Shown here in pieces: positions 13,870-26,450 of a stretch of DNA of 64,000 bases. The position numbers and the translations under genes were made by a program. A model generated the notes under the pieces. It saw only the letters and a program-made list of their open reading frames with translations. It searched no databases and was not told where the DNA came from. Every line of letters starts with the position of its first letter. The stretch's first letter is position 1. Source of the DNA: Octopus sinensis (taxonomy: Eukaryota); contig NC_043001.1 of the NCBI RefSeq assembly GCF_006345805.1, positions 103,602,001 through 103,666,000 on the forward strand, in the 5' to 3' direction.

Positions 13870-14667
13870 AATATATATATATATATATATGTGTGTGCGT
13901 GTGTGTGTGTGTGTGGTGTGTGTGTGTGTGTGTGTGTGTATAGGACTTCTTTCAGCTTTTATCAAATCCTCTCGCAAGGCTTTGGGCAGCCCGCAGTTAC
14001 AGTAAAAACAGTTGGCTAAAGTGCCACACAGTGGGACTGAACCCACTACCCATCTGTGGGGGAGTAGCGGGCTTCTTATCACACAGTCACACCTGCACCA
14101 ATATATATACACAAATTAGGTATGAAAATTATGATCTTAACTATAATTACCTCCGAGCGAATCTTTTGTTGTAAAAAGTGAGTGGGACGTTGTTGTGTTG
14201 GGATGTAAGAAAATGTCTGACGAATATTTTAAGCGTTCGCTGCACTAAACGGTTGAACACGAATGGAGAGCAAGAATCATTTATGTAAGAAAATAATCGT
14301 TATCGATAAGCATTTATTGAACAAAGATTAAAAGGTTCAAACGCTATAATAAGTGAAGTGTTTTCACTTGAAAAAGATACGTCAACCGAGGTGGCCTATA
14401 ATTTGTGGACAGTGAGAGAGGAGTGGTGCTGGCGGTGGTGGTGGTGGTGGTGTGTGGAGACGAGGTGTGTTGAGAGGTTTGTCAATGTTTTCTAGTGACT
14501 TCAATGACTTACACACACATGCATACACACAGAGACACACACACGCACGCATCCACAGACACAGCACAACTAGATGTAACCAGTGTTTCTCCACCACAAT
14601 TACATATATATATATTATATATATATATATAATATTTATATATATATATATAAATCAAAATAAAGCA

Positions 14668-14930
14668 CAGTATATCCAAGGTGAGTAAGTACAATTGTTC
14701 ATCTACTTTACTTCATTTTATTAAACACTGAAGTATTACATCAGTTTTAAAATGTCTTTAATAATGTTTGGCAAATGAAATAGGGATAAGAATGCGCATT
14801 GTCTGTTTGGTTGGAAAATTCTATAAGAGGCTGAAGATTGCTCGACATTTTAAAACTGATGTAATACTTACATTGTTTAATAAAATGAAGTAGCATGAAC
14901 CGATTGTACTACTCTACGTTAGATACCCTT
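14668..14930. mobile_element. Tc1/mariner-type MITE
   Basis: Imperfect long terminal inverted repeats (..tacttcattttattaaaca..aagtattacatcagttttaaaatgtc / gacattttaaaactgatgtaatactt..tgtttaataaaatgaagta..); outer ends resemble CAGGGT. Confidence 0.65.
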
Positions 14931-15043
14931 GCTGCTTATTTTGATTATAATCACTCCATTTGATTTATATGGATAATACCATACAAAAACAAAATTCTGG
15001 TGCCTTTGACTTAAGTACCATATTCATCTGAATCTAAATTTTG

Positions 15044-15078
<35 letters not shown>

Positions 15079-15183
15079 CCCTTCTGTCAAGATTAAATGG
15101 TTTGATTAGTGAGAGAAAAACGGCTGCTATTTCTAACAGGCTCAGCAATCGTCCATGTGTTCCCTCATTAACCTGCTGCTGTT

Positions 15184-15410
15184 AACGTTAAATCTCAGAA
15201 TGAAGGCGGCGAGCTACTGGCAAAATGGCTGGCACACCGGACAAAAAAATGTTTCACGCCATTTCGTCCGACTTAACATTCTGAGTTCATATTCCTCCAC
15301 GGTCGACTTTATCTTTCATCCTTTCGGGAACCGATTACATAAGAACCAGTCAAGCTCTGGTTCGATGTACTCGACGAGTCCTCGGCTCCCAAATTTCAGG
15401 CCTTGTCCTT
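15184..15410 (+). mobile_element. tRNA-derived SINE, family A (diverged)
   Basis: ggcggcgagct..ctgagttca..gtcgacttt..cccaaatttcaggccttgt matches family A copies. Confidence 0.7.
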
Positions 15411-16046
15411 ATTGTTGAAAGCGGCATCTAATCTCACCGTAGCCTTGCTTCCCAAGTCCCATGATCTTTGGCGTTCCACGTGTAACCATTTTTATGACAG
15501 TTTGTTGTGATTAACGGAAGATTTGGTTGAAACTTATAACAGGTCATGTGACTAAGTATACTAATTGTTCGTTCACAGAAGATAGTTTTCATTATTATTC
15601 AATAAGATATCATGGGTGTAATGATACAGATTAAATAACAACTCAAAAATATAGAGAGCAAACATGCAGGAAAGAAAGAAGGAATAAAGAAAATAGCACA
15701 GAATAGAACTTAGACTGCATCGTCCCACTAAATATTGTTTACAGGCTCAGCCTAATTGAAAGAGCGATAGAGAAGATTACATTAGAAATAATTAATGACG
15801 GCTTTGCTGATAAATGCGTCCAAACACACAACGCATTCAGACATTTCAGCGATATTGGGATGCGGCGTTTTCCCTCCCAACTCTTTGCTTCGGAGGATAA
15901 TCAAAATCATTTTCTCTGTAACATTAATTAATCAGGAGATGCTATTAAGTTACGTTAATTAATCAAAAATTGCTGCTTCACTGAGTACATCTTATTTGGA
16001 GACACAAATACTTACACACTCAGACATATACATGTAATTACGTGTA

Positions 16047-16077
<31 letters not shown>

Positions 16078-16389
16078 TACACACACATACACACACACAC
16101 ATATATGGCATGTGTGTTAGACAACGAATCTCAAATAACTTCAATTGTTTAAAGAATGTGTTGTTATTTGTGCGGATGTTTGCGTTGCACTTTGATAAGA
16201 GTTAGTGTTTGAGTAGAAGTAGTGCGGTGAGCGTGTTCACACACCGGAACGTATTAATAAAGTTGCAAAAGGTGTGAGTATATGTACATACATAACAATA
16301 TTTACGACTGTGTGCGCGCGCGTCTGTGTGAATTATATATAGGTATGTGCGTATATGTGTGTGTGTGGGTGGGTGTGTGGTTATTGAAA

Positions 16390-16990
16390 ATGTAATGAAC
16401 AAAATCAAACGGAAAACAACGGGAGGAACAAGTTTCAACAAATATTGAATCGTTTAATCATTTAAAGAAAGAGAGGAAACAGCTTTAACGTTTCGGATTT
16501 TAGTCCTTCATCAGAAGAAAGCGAAAGAGGAGTGAGAACGAAAAGTACTAGAGTAAAACGGACATAAGATTAGGAGCTACGTCAAGGTAATGCAGTACGA
16601 GTGGAATGATAAGGAAGGTAAGACGGCGGGTGGGGACATATGAGTATATTCATATTTTGAGAAAGACATAGGGCTGTGCGACTTATTCAGATACGTGTAT
16701 ATGTGTAGAGGCTGCAATAGCGAGAGTATAGTGGGTGAGTTAGTAGTAGCGTTAAGGATTGGTGTGTGTGAGACAGAAGAGCATGGAAGTGCGGAGGTGG
16801 GAGCGAGTTTTGAGTGTAAAATAAAAGAGAAGGCAAGATTTATTCAGGGGCTGAGATTAGAATGTATGAAAGTGTATGGTTGTAAGAGTCTACTGTAAAG
16901 AGGGACAACATGAGCAAGAAAATGAAAGAGGGAGAAAAGCGAGCAGTTCTTAGAGATGAAAGAAGTGAACGAAAAATGTGAGAAAATTAG
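16390..16990 (-). mobile_element. 3' remnant of a Penelope-like element
   Basis: Purine-rich plus strand like the 26.5-26.9 kb PLE segment; weak L.P.G.N..FSF-like endonuclease tail followed by a hammerhead on the minus strand. Confidence 0.45.
16482..16522 (-). ncRNA. Type I minimal hammerhead ribozyme (weak stem I)
   Basis: CUGAUGA-A-GGA(CUAAAA)UCC-GAAA-CG-UU. Intact core; stem I has only 2 adjacent bp, with GCUUU/AAAGC pairing displaced by 3 nt. Confidence 0.55.
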
Positions 16991-17020
16991 GAGGGAGAAA
17001 AATTACAATACAACACTGAT

Positions 17021-17068
<48 letters not shown>

Positions 17069-17217
17069 GTGAAATAGAAAGATGAATAATCTTGTAGTAG
17101 ATTAATCAAAAGTTTAACCGATACCTTAGTAGCAAAAATCACAGCAGTAAACAGCACGGTTGGAGGTACAACCATCTGGCGTTGCAACCGTGCGTTGGTG
17201 CGGATAATTGAAATTAA

Positions 17218-17364
17218 AACATTATTGGTGAATTGAAGAAATGGAGCTGAACGCAGATTGAACAGAAATCGTTATTCGTGCCTTTCGAAACACGTGTAGA
17301 ATGAAATAAAACGATTTCTGTTCAATCTGCGTTCAGCTCCATTTCTTCAATTCACCAATAATGT

Positions 17365-17365
<1 letters not shown>
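17218..17365. repeat. Perfect 56-bp inverted repeat with 36-bp spacer
   Basis: 17218-17273 is the exact reverse complement of 17310-17365; the right arm abuts (TA)n. Confidence 0.95.
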
Positions 17366-17397
<32 letters not shown>

Positions 17398-17424
17398 ATA
17401 TATATATATATATTATATATATAT

Positions 17425-17455
<31 letters not shown>

Positions 17456-17468
17456 TATATATATATAT

Positions 17469-17502
<34 letters not shown>

Positions 17503-18080
17503 TGAAATAGAAGCAATATTAGTGTAATCAACACCACACACACACACACACATCCACAGACACACACACGCACATGCACACACACGCACATATATATTAT
17601 ATAATGTACTGTTCCGTGATAAAAAAAATTCAATAAAAATGAACTCCATCTCGTGAGAGATAAATACATATCTTTAAGTGCTACTAAAAGTTTTATGAGT
17701 TGAGAAATATCTCAAACATAATTATCAGGCACAGACCACACATCATAACGAACAAAAAAAGAATAGAATAAGAGAAGAAAAGGCGAAAGCACTGAAATGG
17801 CAGTATATAGAATACGCGGACAGTTAAAAAAAACCGAAAGCGAACATACAAAAACTAAAATGTAAAATGTAGGAAGTAAAAAGGTAAAAGAATTACATCC
17901 CCTTAGACCTTAAATTATAAGGCTGGAAAGATATCAACAAGTTAACCAGAAATAGGTGGAATTTTTCAATTCTTCAATATTTAGTTACATATATGCTTGC
18001 AACTGGTGAAAATTTCAGACCCAGAGTTCAGTAAAGAGTTAGGGATCTTAGATCTGAACAGGATCTGCGCGCTTTCAGAG

Positions 18081-18131
<51 letters not shown>

Positions 18132-18427
18132 GCAAACACTCCTGAGCTACACACAAGATAAAAAAATGTCAGAAAGACAGATCAGTTCCTCTCCAATTTT
18201 TTGTAAATTCTTAAATATATCTCCTTCCTTGTATATATATATACTATCAAACAAACATGATTTTTATTGAACTCCTAATACTTTTTGTTGAATACTTTCT
18301 AAAGTAATTTCTTGTAAACTGTTTTTAACATTTTCTTATTATTATCAAAGTATGTACAGCTGTATTTTAATACCTTTGTGACAACCAGTACTCAACACAA
18401 CAAAGCTTATAGAAAGCTTTACACATG

Positions 18428-18468
<41 letters not shown>

Positions 18469-18816
18469 TCACGGGTGTGTACGATGGAACAAAGAAATAA
18501 TAAGGGTTACAAATAACGGAATAATTTTCTTGATTACGTAGGTGAAGAGCCATGATTTTCTAAACATTTCTCTCATTGATATCAGTGGAAGTCCCTGTAT
18601 GTAACTGGAAACGTTATTCCATTGGCTGGTGATGTAGAACAGATTAGACCCGGTGTACCTGCAATTTAGCTTCAAAGATACGATTTAGACGGCGATAGAT
18701 TCACTTACGTCTTTAGTAACACTAAAGAAATAACTGTAAGTCTACTTGTAAACAGAATTTATTCGCAGTTGACGTACAATAACATTAATCCCCACCCCGC
18801 ACATATATTAATCGAC

Positions 18817-18849
<33 letters not shown>

Positions 18850-18995
18850 AGTGTGTGTGTGTGTGTATGTGTGTGTGTATGTATATATCGATATAGATAG
18901 ATAGGATAGATATAGATATAGATACATACACATATATATATATATATACATACATATTCATATTCATATATATATATATATGAACATATATAAAA

Positions 18996-19032
<37 letters not shown>

Positions 19033-19162
19033 CATACATATATATACATATATATATACATACATATATATATATACATATATATATATATACATACATA
19101 TATATATATACATACATATATATATATACATATATATATATACATATATAATATACATACAT

Positions 19163-19199
<37 letters not shown>

Positions 19200-20821
19200 C
19201 TATATATAATCGAATCTGTGCCTGTGCTTTACTCATCATCTACTTTTACATTTTGTATAATTTCTCCATTATACACACACACACACACACATATACAGTC
19301 ACACACATACAGTCACATATGTAATGTAGCTATTGATTTTTAAGAGTAGCATACATCGATATACGTAAGTAATTATATATAACCTGATGTTTGAGAATGG
19401 ATTACCGATACTTTCACAAGTGAGTCATACTTGCAATGACAGCTAAATCAAACTGTAACGTTCCATTATGTGAACACGCAAGTCGTTGCAAATATTCTTA
19501 CACGACCGGTTACTAAGTCGACCGCTTTTTGTTTTGAATTTTAATCATAAATACTTTATCTTTGGTGTCCATTTCGTTTGCAATTACAACTCAGAAGCAA
19601 AACAATTTATTCATATTTAATTTCTAGGTACATCTACCTTGAAACTAAATTAAAATCATAGCTACGTATCGGAGTTTTACAACTGATACTTTCATTCGTG
19701 TGTTTATAAGCGTGACATTTTATTTAGCTTTATCCGTTCAGTTTCATTCAATAAACATGGTGGCCGTACAGTCAACGGCGTCGGGGCTTTCTATTTTCCA
19801 CACTGACACTGATAATCTAACATGTCGATATCCAGGGCTTCCATAGTTTAGCAGCTCAACTCATATGTTTTCAGATTATTGTTGCTCTGGTCTAACTCCA
19901 GGCCATTTCGTCCTTTTTAAAAGCGATTTGGCAGAACCATGAGAGCAATTCATCAGTTCTTGGAAAGAAAGGGACAAATTTATGTTGAATTAGCGAAATT
20001 TTTAAGAGTGAGGACGGCCTTGTGTTGTATCCTGAAGGTGGCGTTTGCGACAATACTGGTGTTAAGCCTTATCATACTTGTCTTTTCTTGGATGTCATCA
20101 GTGGCATGGAGAAGAGAGACTTGGATGTTCTGAGGAATATCGAGTCTTTCACAATACATCTTGCCCCAGCTTTCGCGGCGGAGAGAAACCTTTTAAGACA
20201 ACAACGTTTTAAGTCAGCTGTGAATGAAGTTGGGATGGAGACAGAGAATCGGATTTGGGAGAAATTTATCTGCTTGTAATAACAGACTAAGCGATCAAAG
20301 AAAAGTTCTCTCTTTTACTTGTCACGGGTTATGACTTGTATGTATAATCCCTCCTTGTTTAAAATATTTGCGCTTTAAACTAAACAAACATATTGTTGCC
20401 TTCCAGTAGTGAGTTCAAATTCACAGGCGGTCAACTGGTAGTTCAGATTTATTTCTCCTCTGCTTGACGGAGCGGGAATCTGCGGGAAAAACTGGTTCCG
20501 TGGATCCTGACATTTCGGAAGAATGTTTTGTATTTGTTCGTTCGCTTGTAACATCGTCATTTGTGTAACTAAGGGGAAACGGTCGAATGGATCGAACCTG
20601 GACGTCATTGACTCAAGCTTGTACTGCTGCATGACGATGACTCTGCTTAAAGGGTGGAATAGCCTGTGGAATACTCGGCTACTTGTATGCCAATTCAGTG
20701 ACTTTGGTTATTTAAATTGATGGAAGAAATAAAAATTCACTGTCGAATCAGAAATTCTGACCAAGCTCCATTTACCATACATGCGTGCGTGCGTCCGTGT
20801 GAGTCTGTGTGTGTGTGTGTG

Positions 20822-20864
<43 letters not shown>

Positions 20865-21748
20865 GTGAGTGTGTGTGTGCGTCTGTGTGTGCGTCTGTGT
20901 GCATGTGTATGTGTGTGTGTGCGTGTGTAGTGCTGCATGTTTGTATGTATGTCTGTATTTGTTTAGTTGTCGTGTTCACATTTTTCTTCCGTGACAATAT
21001 TCACAAAACCATTTCATAAATAATGTGTATCTGTGTGTGTGGTGTGTGTGTGTGTGTGTGTGTGAGCGTAAAATATTCTTCCTCGGGTCATAATCCTTCT
21101 GAGGTCAACCGTTCTTCCTTCCCTCCTTCCTCACAATGATTCTCCTACACGTATGGACGGAAGATCAAGCTGAACATCATCTAAATCGAATTCATATTTT
21201 TGGCAAAGTTCCAAAGGTCATTGGCGTCAGCTTTCCAAGACTGAAAAACAAACAACAAAACAAGGACGGCCTTTAAATCTGTATCACAATAACTTTGTTA
21301 TAAGATGGGTATTTAATTTTGATAAATGTATGTATATCACATCGTCTCCCACCTGCGGAGGACACTGACCTCTTAAAAAAAGATTTCTCAGACGAATTAT
21401 TCTTTTGTTTTATTATTTATATCTAAAGTAAGTCAATTGATCACATCTTGACTCATCGTATTTTTACTCTTTTTTTTATTTTCTACTCTTTCACTTTTCG
21501 CGCAGAGACAAAACTGAAGCGAGAAATCAATAAACAACTAACGAACGAAAGAACATAAATCTCTTCACTCTACCGATGCCTGTCTGTCCGCTTATCTATC
21601 CACCTATCTAACTATCAATGATAGCTATCTGACCACGCGCATAAGCACGCACACACTGAGAGGCGTATATATGTTTATTATTCTTTTATAAAAATAAAGT
21701 TGACACTGAGTTCGAAGTTTTGGTGTGATTATATATATATTACTCTTT

Positions 21749-21971
21749 TGTTCTTTTACTTGTTTCAGTCATTTGACTGCAGCCATGCTGGAGCATCCCC
21801 TTTAGTCGAGCAAATCGACCCCCAGAACTTATTCTTTGTAAGCCTAGTACTTATTTTATCGGTCGCTTTTGCTGAACCGCTAAGTTACGGGGACGTAAAC
21901 ACACCAGCATCGGTTGTCAAGCGATGTTGAGGAGACAAACACAAAAATACACACACACACACACACACACG

Positions 21972-22029
<58 letters not shown>

Positions 22030-22186
22030 TACGACGGACTTCCTTCAGTTTCCGTCTACCAAATCCACTCACAAGGCTCTGGTCGGTCCGAGGCTATAGT
22101 CTGGTCGGTCCAAGATGCCACGCAGTGGGAATGAACTCGGAACCATGTTGTTGGTAAGCAAGCTACTTACCACACAGCCACTCCTG
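21749..22186 (-). mobile_element. tRNA-derived SINE, family B (full length)
   Basis: Complete head, internal microsatellite and tail as in the other copies. Confidence 0.9.
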
Positions 22187-23155
22187 GGCCTATATATATG
22201 CTTGTATGCATGAAGGTATATAGACAGAGAGAAAGGTATTCAGACAGAGAGAGACGCAGATAGATTTTGGTCAGAAAATCGTGTTAAGAAGAATGGACTC
22301 AATGAACAGAACACTCAAACTCTAATGATAACGAATTAACTCCGCTCTGCCTGTAATGTTCAGATGTTTGTCAACAAGAACTAGTTAATACTTTGTTGTT
22401 TGTAATAAAATGTGGAATTTATTGGTCGTACATATCCTGCAACTTTGCGAACCGTTAAAATATGGATTAGCTTAATTGATGAAGTTCTGTTTCATTTATG
22501 ACATCCAGTTACTTCAACATTGGGTTTCCATATACTTAGATTACTCTCTTCCGCTTCCGTTGTCACACTATTATATATAATTACGGCGATGTATTTGCAT
22601 GGCAAGTGATTTGATCTGAGTGCTGAATCTGAAGCGATTGCAGAATGTTAACCATTCAGGAACACCGAAAGAATTAAACATTTATTGTTTGTAATATTGT
22701 TTGAAAATCTTCATCACTCCAATCTAGGATGTGATCCCTGAGAACATTGTTGCACGGCAGTGAGATTAGGATTTATTCAGCTTATTCGGTAACTTTGCAA
22801 ACCAGTGTATAGTTTATACATTCTCTTTATATACTTCAGACGAGCTAAGTCGATAACGTTTCGAAAGTCACTCGTGTACGTGAGACTGAGAAACCGCAAT
22901 AACAGCGAAATGCGTATCTGCCGCTCTTGCGGTCTCTCCTAGTGGGATTTCATGTTACCTAACTTTGAAGTGTATTCCGTTTATTTGTTTTTTTTTGTTT
23001 GTTTGTTTGTTTGTTTGTTCCGGATGAAAACCGCAGCCTTTAGCATTTCAGCTACAGACATATATTATTATATTGATTAAGAGTGTTGCTTCTGTTATAT
23101 AATTCAAATACATACAAGTATACATACATACGCACGCAGACATATATGTATATGA

Positions 23156-23207
<52 letters not shown>

Positions 23208-23494
23208 TGTGTGAGGTGTGTATGTGTGTGTGAGTGTGTATGAAATGAATGCGTGTATTGAATGATAAATGAAACTCTTTTACCTGTTTTTCTCTATTTC
23301 CTCCAAAAGCTATTCATCATTCTTACAGCCTAAATTAAGCACTAAATACAATATTGTTTAGTATCGCTAAACAATACAAACACGTCGTATTAACGCCTCT
23401 GCTGGCAGCATCCACCACCATCCATATAAGTCACCACCGTACCACCATTGTCAATATCACCACTCCATTCCAGCACTACAAACATTGTGATCGT

Positions 23495-23694
23495 CATCAC
23501 CACCACCACCATCATCATCATCATCACATCATCATCATCATCATCATCATCATCAGTAGTTGTAGTAGTAATAGTAGCAGCGGCTGCAGTAGTAGTAGTA
23601 GTAGTAGTAGAAGTAGTAGAAGTAGTAGTAGTAGTAGTAGTAGTACCTTCATCACTAGTATTATAATCATCATCATTACTACTACTACTCCAAC

Positions 23695-23748
<54 letters not shown>

Positions 23749-23761
23749 CATCATTATTATT

Positions 23762-23802
<41 letters not shown>

Positions 23803-23815
23803 AATCATCATTCAG
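23495..23815. repeat. Compound (CAT)n/(TAG)n/(TAT)n trinucleotide microsatellite
   Basis: Direct reading; explains ORFs 23354-23818. Confidence 0.97.
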
Positions 23816-24072
23816 TAGTCTTATTATTATCGCGTGCTTTCACTTCACTACCGAACGCAGCTCTGTGTGCCTTGGGTATGTGCTGTGGTTTGCTGTGATG
23901 CTCTTATTTTTACTGTATTGAAAGTGTTTTACGTAGGATGTGTGCAGTGCCTAGTAGTGCTATTTTCTGTATGTTATATATATTTGTTAGTCCTGGAGCT
24001 TTTGTTATGTATTTGTATGAACATTTCTTATCATATCTAATGTGCCTACTATGATAGGAATTATTATTATTA

Positions 24073-24136
<64 letters not shown>

Positions 24137-25267
24137 TACGTCCAACACAGACGACAGTTAGCTTGTTAATAGATCTACAACCATGCCATACTTACGATGA
24201 ATAACATCTACACCATAAACAGCACGTAATCTTCATGGCCAAGTCTTCTGTCGTCTCTCGTTAACACTATTTATATCATCTGGAAGGTCATCATTAAAAC
24301 GCCCGCCAAAGACACGGCAGTCGCCTTCGCTATAGCACCTCAAACATACAAGCACAGCCAACATTACGAAACACTATTAACGCTCAACCCAAATAGCATT
24401 GTCTCCAGCGCAGCAAGTAAGATATTGTATTCATATCAATGGCTGCGACGCGGGAATAATTAACTTCACAACAACCATCACCATCTGCACCACCGTCGCA
24501 ACTATCACCATTTTAAAATACTAGCAATAACGCTACCGTCAACATCATCATCGCCGCCATTTTCTTTTGAAAACCATCACCATTGTCATCAATATCATAA
24601 TCATAAACAACGTCGTAAATGATTTCTAACACATACACACACTAGAAAAAAGACTATTTTGAACAGGGGATAGGGTCTATTTACTCACTGTCATAGATTG
24701 AGTGGTACTCGCGAAAGAATTGAGTTTAATTTTACATCGATGTGATATTATTTCGGAACGAAAAGGAACGTAACTAAATACGATAAACCATTTTTATTCG
24801 TCCTCTAGTATTTCTGTTAATTGTGATGGATTCTGATTTAAGCAATAAGGCAATATAGGCAATAATATAATAATGGTTTCGAATTTTAGCACAAGGTCAG
24901 TCAGTAATATAAGGCAACAATATAATGTAAGGCGATAAGCTATCAGGAGGAGAATAGTCGATACATCTATTCAAATACTTGACTGATATTTTATTTTATC
25001 GACCCCCAGGACATTGCTCGGACGGTTGCCAGGGACGACCTGTGCAAATATCGACAAATGGCACATGTAGCAAGGCGCGGCAAAGCTGTATGTCCGCACC
25101 TCCGCCCCATGCCTCGCCTCACATCAGGAGGATGAAAAACTTAGTTTGTCTTCACCGCGATTCAAATTCAGAAAGTCAAAGTCAAATCGTGCCGAGGTTG
25201 TAGTTATAATGATGCCTTCGTTTGTTCTAAATACAGAAATTACAATTGATAATCCTTTCTATTGTAA

Positions 25268-25652
25268 TCGCAAGGCCTGAAATTTAGGGGAAGGGGGGAT
25301 AGTCAATTACACTGACCCCAGTGCGTAACTGGTACTTATTTAATCGACACCCGAAAAGATGAAAGACAAAGTCGACCTCGGCGGAATTTGAACTCAGAAC
25401 GTAGCGGTAGAAGAAATACCTATTTCTTTACTACCCACAAGGGGCTAAACACAGAGAGGATAAACAAGGACAGACAAACGGATTAAGTCGATTACATCGA
25501 CCCCAGTGCGTAACTGGTGCTTGTTTAATCGACCCCGAAAGGATGAAAGGCAAAGTCGACCTCGGAGGATTTTGAACTTAGAACGTAGCGGCAGACGACA
25601 TACCGCTAAGCATTTCGCCCGGCGTGCTACCGTTTCTGCCAGCTCGCCGCCT
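25268..25652 (-). mobile_element. tRNA-derived SINE, family A with one internal tandem module
   Basis: Head ggcggcgagctggcagaaac.. at 25650; B-box-like gagttcaaattcc repeated twice. Confidence 0.9.
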
Positions 25653-25680
25653 TAGACACTTAATAATGTTGTAGGAAAAA

Positions 25681-26040
25681 GCAGCGAGCTGGCAGAATCG
25701 TTTGCACGCCGGGCGAAATGCTTTGAGGTATTTCGTTCTGAGTTCACATTCCGCCGAGGTAGACTTTGCCTTTCATCCATTAGTGGTCGATCAATTAGGT
25801 ACCATTTACGTTCTGGGGTCGATCTAGTCGACTGGCCTCCTCTGTAAAAAGAATTCCGGGCCTTGTACCTAGAGTAAGTGAGCGACATTTCGTCCGCTTT
25901 TAACATTCTGATTTTCAATTTACGCTGAGGCCGACTTTACCCTTCATCATTCGGGATTCGATAAAATAAGTACCAGTTGAACACTGGGGTCGATTATATT
26001 GACCTACTCCTTCACTGAAACTACTGACTTGATGCCAAAA
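25681..26040 (+). mobile_element. tRNA-derived SINE family A copy or copies (diverged)
   Basis: gcagcgagctggcagaatcgtttgcacgccgggcgaaatgc.. head; partial second body from about 25880. Confidence 0.8.
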
Positions 26041-26389
26041 TTTGTAAGCCGTAAATTTTGTATAGAGCCATTTGTTGTTAGAGTTGTTATTGTGAGATAT
26101 GAGATGGACGATGGCCGCTGTAGGACATTTTAATATTGTTAATCACTTTCAATACGTCGCTGTTTATCGGAGCAACGATATTCTTTTATTCTTCCACTTG
26201 TTTTAGTCATTTGACTGCGGCCATGCTGGAGCACTGCCTTTTACTCGAACAAATCGCCCCCAGGACTTATATTCTTTGTAAGCCAAGTACTTAATCTAAC
26301 TGATGCTTTTACCCAACCGCTAAGTTACGGGGCCGTAAACACACCGACATCGGTTGTCAAGCAATGGTGGGGACACACACAGACACATA

Positions 26390-26447
<58 letters not shown>

Positions 26448-26450
<3 letters not shown>

